Source: the human T2T-CHM13v2.0 reference genome, Homo sapiens
Length of the DNA: 64,000 bases
Assembly: GCF_009914755.1 (NCBI RefSeq)
Contig: NC_060939.1
Reading direction: 5' to 3' (one strand)
Shown here: piece after piece, positions 59,353-64,000 of the stretch
Layout: the number at the start of each line of letters is the position of its first letter
Position numbering within the stretch: the stretch's first letter is position 1
Made by a program: the position numbers and the translations under genes
The notes under the pieces: generated by a model
What the model was told of the DNA's origin: nothing
Databases searched by the model: none
The model's input: the letters and a program-made list of their open reading frames with translations, nothing else

Positions 59353-60293
59353 TAATTTTTGTATTTTTAGTAGAGATGAGGTTTCACCATGTTGGTCAGG
59401 CTTTTCTTGAACTCCTGATCTCAGGTGATCCACCCGCCTCAGCCTCCCAAAGTGCTGGGATTACAGGGGTGAGCCGTGGCACCCAGCCAGTGCCTGGTTT
59501 CTAATAAATTTCTGATGTCACAATGTATATGTTTTTGTACTATGTATCCCTTAACAAATTATTGTTGCTATTATTATTTTTAATGGTTTTTGTCTTTTAA
59601 CCTTCATACTAAAAATACAAATGATTTGCATACCACCATTATGGTATTAGAGTATTCTAAATTAACTCTATTTACATTTACCAGTAAGTTTCATACTTTT
59701 CATATTCTTTTTGTTACTAATTAGCAACCTTGTCTTTCAGCTTGAAGAAATTCTGTTAGCATTTCTTGTAACACAGGTCTAGTCTCTGAGCTTTTGTCTG
59801 GGAAAATCTTCAAATCTCCTTCATTTCTAAAGGAGAGCTGTGCCAGGTACAGTATTCTTGGATAATGGGTTTGTTTTTGTTTTTTTGTTCTTCAACACTT
59901 CGAATATATCATCCCCTCTACTACATCCCATAGTTTTGGGTTTTTTCCAAGAGCTGGAAACCAGAGTTGTTTCTCATTGGCAAATCCACCCAAAACTTTA
60001 GCAAACAATTTGCTAAAAGTCACTTAAATTGTGTCACTCCCATACTCACAGATTTTTACTAAATTTTATGCCTACAGGGACACATAATGACATTAGCATG
60101 TTTCAAGAAAATCTCCTGGCTGGGCACGGTGGCTCATGCCTGTTATCCCAACACTTTGGGAAGCCGAGGCAGGTGGATCACCTGAGGTCAGGAGTTTGAG
60201 ACCAGCCTGGCCAACATGGTGAAACCCAGTCTCTACTAAAAATATAAAAATTAGCTGGGCATGGTGGCGGGCACCTGTAACCTCAGCTACTCA

Positions 60294-60398
<105 letters not shown>

Positions 60399-60914
60399 TC
60401 AAAAAAAAAAAAAGAAAATCTCCTACAGCCTTCCCTACCTCATTCACCAATTTTGTTTATTTCAAAAACTTACTACCTCTCATTCTGTTTATGTAACAGC
60501 CAAATGTACATACATTCTTCCCACACGTAGCATTCTCATCATTTACGGCCTTCACTTGTTACACAGGAATCGGCTTCACAAATCCAATATTCACATACCC
60601 CAGCTGAAAGTTGTAAATATCACCTAATGATAAAAAAAAGTTTTTATAGTTTTTGAAATTCTAAGTTTCTTCTCTGCCATCAGTTACCCAATCAAATGTG
60701 CCCTGGTTATAAATACATATAAAAATCCTAGTTTTATACACTTTGCTTTTTAATTTTGCTAGGTTGCACTACCAGATTTTACCAAGAGGTGGCAAACTAC
60801 AAACACAAATCTGAAAATTCCTAAATTTGTATGTTCCAAGTAATGTAAAAAGTAACTATATCCACAGAATGCTAGTAGAGCAGGGAATCTTAAAGATCAG
60901 TTGGTGATCTTCAG

Positions 60915-61130
60915 TGGTTAAATAGTACAGATTCTGGAATCAGACTGGTCTGAGTTAGGATCCCAGCTCTGCTGTTTACTATGTGTGCAACCTTGTGCAA
61001 GTTTCAGAGCCTCTTTTTGCTTCCTTACCTGTAAAATAGGATAACAACAGTACTTACTCACAATGTTACTCTGGTGATTAAACAAAATGATCCATGTAAG
61101 TTGTTTTAGCACAATGCATGGCACATAGTC
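60915..61130 (+). mobile_element. MIR SINE
   Basis: GATCCCAGCTCTGC...ACCTGTAAAATAGGATAA...TTAGCACAATGCATGGCACATAGT core. Confidence 0.8.
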
Positions 61131-62083
61131 AAATTTCAACTATGATGGTGATCACTTCAAAACTCCTTAAATTATAAATTCTTACACCAGTCTACCAGCA
61201 ATAAGGGACATGTATTACAAATAAACCTAAGCACACCTTACTCTCTAAACAAATCACTACCAGCACATCCTTCCTGCCTAGATGCTGCTAGCAAAAATTG
61301 GGGGAAAAAATTAAAGATTCCTAAAAAATTCTGCTGTTAAGGTAACATGTGGAAATCAAATTTTTTTTTAACAAATACATTCTATGATTATATATATTAA
61401 AATTAGAAAATTCTAGCTATGGAGAAGTAGGTCCTATTAGGCTAACCATCCCTCAGATAACCACCATAAATTCTGGACAAAAGATAAAAAAGAGGCTAGA
61501 CACAGTGGCTCACACCTGTAATCCTAGCACTTTGGGAGGCCAAGATGGGAGGACTGCTTGAGGCCAGGAGTTTGAGACCAGCCTGGTCAACACAGCGAGA
61601 CCTCATCTCTATCGTTTAAATTTTTTTTTTAATAAAAAGATAAAAAAGACTTGAGGACACTGAAGAGCAACCAAAAGCAAGCAGAAACCAGACGGAGTCT
61701 ATACTTAGAATAAAGGAATGGTATTGAGTGAGTTTCCCAATTTTTAAGGCTTTTTGCCTGAAAACAGTCCCCATCCTATGCCTAGTGAACAGCAAAATAT
61801 CAATAGAAATCCCACAGTCTTACTGACTTATAGAACCAGAATACCCAGTTCAAGGTGAAAACAGCAGCTGGAAAGTGATGGGAAAGTTTCCGCAAGAGTT
61901 GAGAAAAGGAATCCTAAATACTTAATATTAATTCTACACAAATCTCTCACTGACCCATGAAGATCGTACACATGGGGCAGCCTCCAGGCAGCCCAGCTAA
62001 ATAAAATAACTGAGCAGATATTCCTGCTGCCCATTGTAGGAGAGACAGTTTGGAGTTTGAGTACAATGAAGTTAATCAACAAC

Positions 62084-62464
62084 TGTCTTAGTCGGCTTGG
62101 GATGCCACAACCAATACCACACAGACTTGGTGGGATAACAACTGAAACAAATTTTCTCACAGTTCTGGAGACTGAAAGTTCAGGATCAAGATTCCAGGAG
62201 GGCCAGTGTCTGATGAAGGCTCTCAGACAGCTGCCTCCTCACTGTGTCTTCACACAGTGAAGAGGGAGTGAATAAGCTCTCTGGTATCTCTTCTTCTAAG
62301 GACATAAATCCTATCAGACCCAGGGCCCCACCCTCATGACCTCATCTACCCCTGATTACCTCCATCTCCCAAAGTTCTCATCTCCAAATACCATCACACT
62401 GGAGGTTAGGGCTTCAAGATATGAATTCTCGGGGAGCGAGGGAGATCACATTCAGTACATAACA
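62084..62464 (-). mobile_element. MLT1A-like MaLR LTR
   Basis: TGTCTTAGTC...TCTCACAGTTCTGGAG...CAGTACATAACA; 5-bp TSD ACAAC on both sides. Confidence 0.82.
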
Positions 62465-62540
62465 ACAACAACAACACACACACACACAGAGCACAGGATT
62501 AAAAGAGAACCCAGAGGCTGGGCGTGGTGGCTCACACCTA

Positions 62541-62837
<297 letters not shown>

Positions 62838-63384
62838 CTACTAAGTAACAATCCCAATGTCCAATATACACTCCAAAATGACTAGATATGGTAATGGACA
62901 GGAAAATGTGACCCATATTCAAAAGAACGGTAATCAAATTAAAAGAAATTGCCTACTAATAAAGTTCATGTGCTCAAGAAAAGAAAGTTAAATGACACTA
63001 AAGACCTAGAAATTGGCTGGGCGCAGTGGCTCATGCCTATAATCCCAGCACTTTGGGAGGCCGAGGCGGGCGGATCACGAGGTCAGGAGATTGAGACCAG
63101 TCTGACCGATATGGTGAAACCACGTCTCTACTAAAAAAATACAAAAAATCAGCCGGGCGTGGTGGTGGGCGCCTGTAGTCCCAGCTACTCGGGAGGCTGA
63201 GGCAGGAGGATGGCGTGAACCCAAGAGGCAGAGCTTGCAGTGAGCCAAGATGCACCATTGCACTCCAGCCTGGGCAACAGAGTGAGACTCTCTCTCAAAA
63301 AAAAAAAACAAAAACAAAAACAAAAACAAAAACAAAAACCAACACCTAGAAATTCAGAGTTATGTGATAAATTTGTACATGGGT

Positions 63385-63428
63385 CAACATGCCTGCCAAG
63401 GGTGACCAACATGCCTGCCAAGGGTGAC
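63385..63428 (+). repeat. Perfect 22-bp tandem duplication CAACATGCCTGCCAAGGGTGAC x2
   Basis: 63385-63406 is identical to 63407-63428. Confidence 0.95.
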
Positions 63429-63562
63429 ACAGACAATGACAAATAAGACTAGCCTAAAGCAAAATGTTGAAATAAGCTGGCACTCTCTGACTTCCCCTAT
63501 CAGAGTTCAATACATTTGACTTTCTGACACTCTTACAGACCCTACTCTCTAGTTCCATTCTT

Positions 63563-63574
63563 TAAAAAAAAAAA

Positions 63575-63611
<37 letters not shown>

Positions 63612-63612
63612 T
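63563..63612 (+). repeat. Compound (A)n(TA)n(CA)n microsatellite
   Basis: Seen directly. Confidence 0.95.
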
Positions 63613-64000
63613 ATACATAATTTTATTATGTCACAGAGTTCCACTCTTACTCTAAACTGGCTGCCAACTACTCAACTAATTAATAATTAGATATTACTGA
63701 CATTTTAGATACGAACCCTATGAGAGTTTTAAAGATATTATTGAAAAGCATCTATAATTCTGTAACAATTGGTAGAAAAGTTCTATATATTTAAAAACTT
63801 AAGGCCAGGTGCAGTGGCTTATGCCTGTAACCCCAACACTTTGGGAGGCCAAGGCAAGAGGACCACTTAAGCCCAGGAGTTCAAGATCAACCTGGGCAAC
63901 AGAGTGAGAAACCCATCTTTGCAAAAACAAAAAAAAAAATTTTTTTGAGACGAAGTCTCGCTCTGTCACCCAGGCTGGAGTGCAATGGCGTGATCTCAGC

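Overview
Human (primate) genomic DNA, AT-rich and very Alu-dense (about 88 Alu copies or fragments by manual count, roughly 2:1 on the + strand). The minus strand carries 13 consecutive coding exons of the channel-kinase TRPM7 (exons 2-14; 1632 nt that splice in one frame through canonical GT-AG junctions and encode aa 2-545, the N-terminal cytoplasmic melastatin-homology region). The window also holds about 16 kb of intron 1; exon 1 lies beyond the right edge and exon 15 onward beyond the left edge. The introns are a mosaic of Alu, L1, L2, MIR, MaLR LTRs (THE1, MLT1) and DNA transposons (MER30, MER119-like, MER58A, Tigger3, MER2). The most unusual object is in intron 1 (51952-55882). It is a MER41 endogenous retrovirus with the architecture of an mRNA rather than a provirus: R-U5-PBS-internal-PPT-U3-R-poly(A), flanked by an L1-type target-site duplication. 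This points to an L1-retrotransposed, possibly spliced, ERV transcript, and it still carries the tandem STAT (GAS) motifs of MER41B. Nearly all ORFs in the supplied track are Alu or other repeat artefacts. Repeat subfamily names come from recalled consensus sequences and need RepeatMasker/Dfam confirmation.
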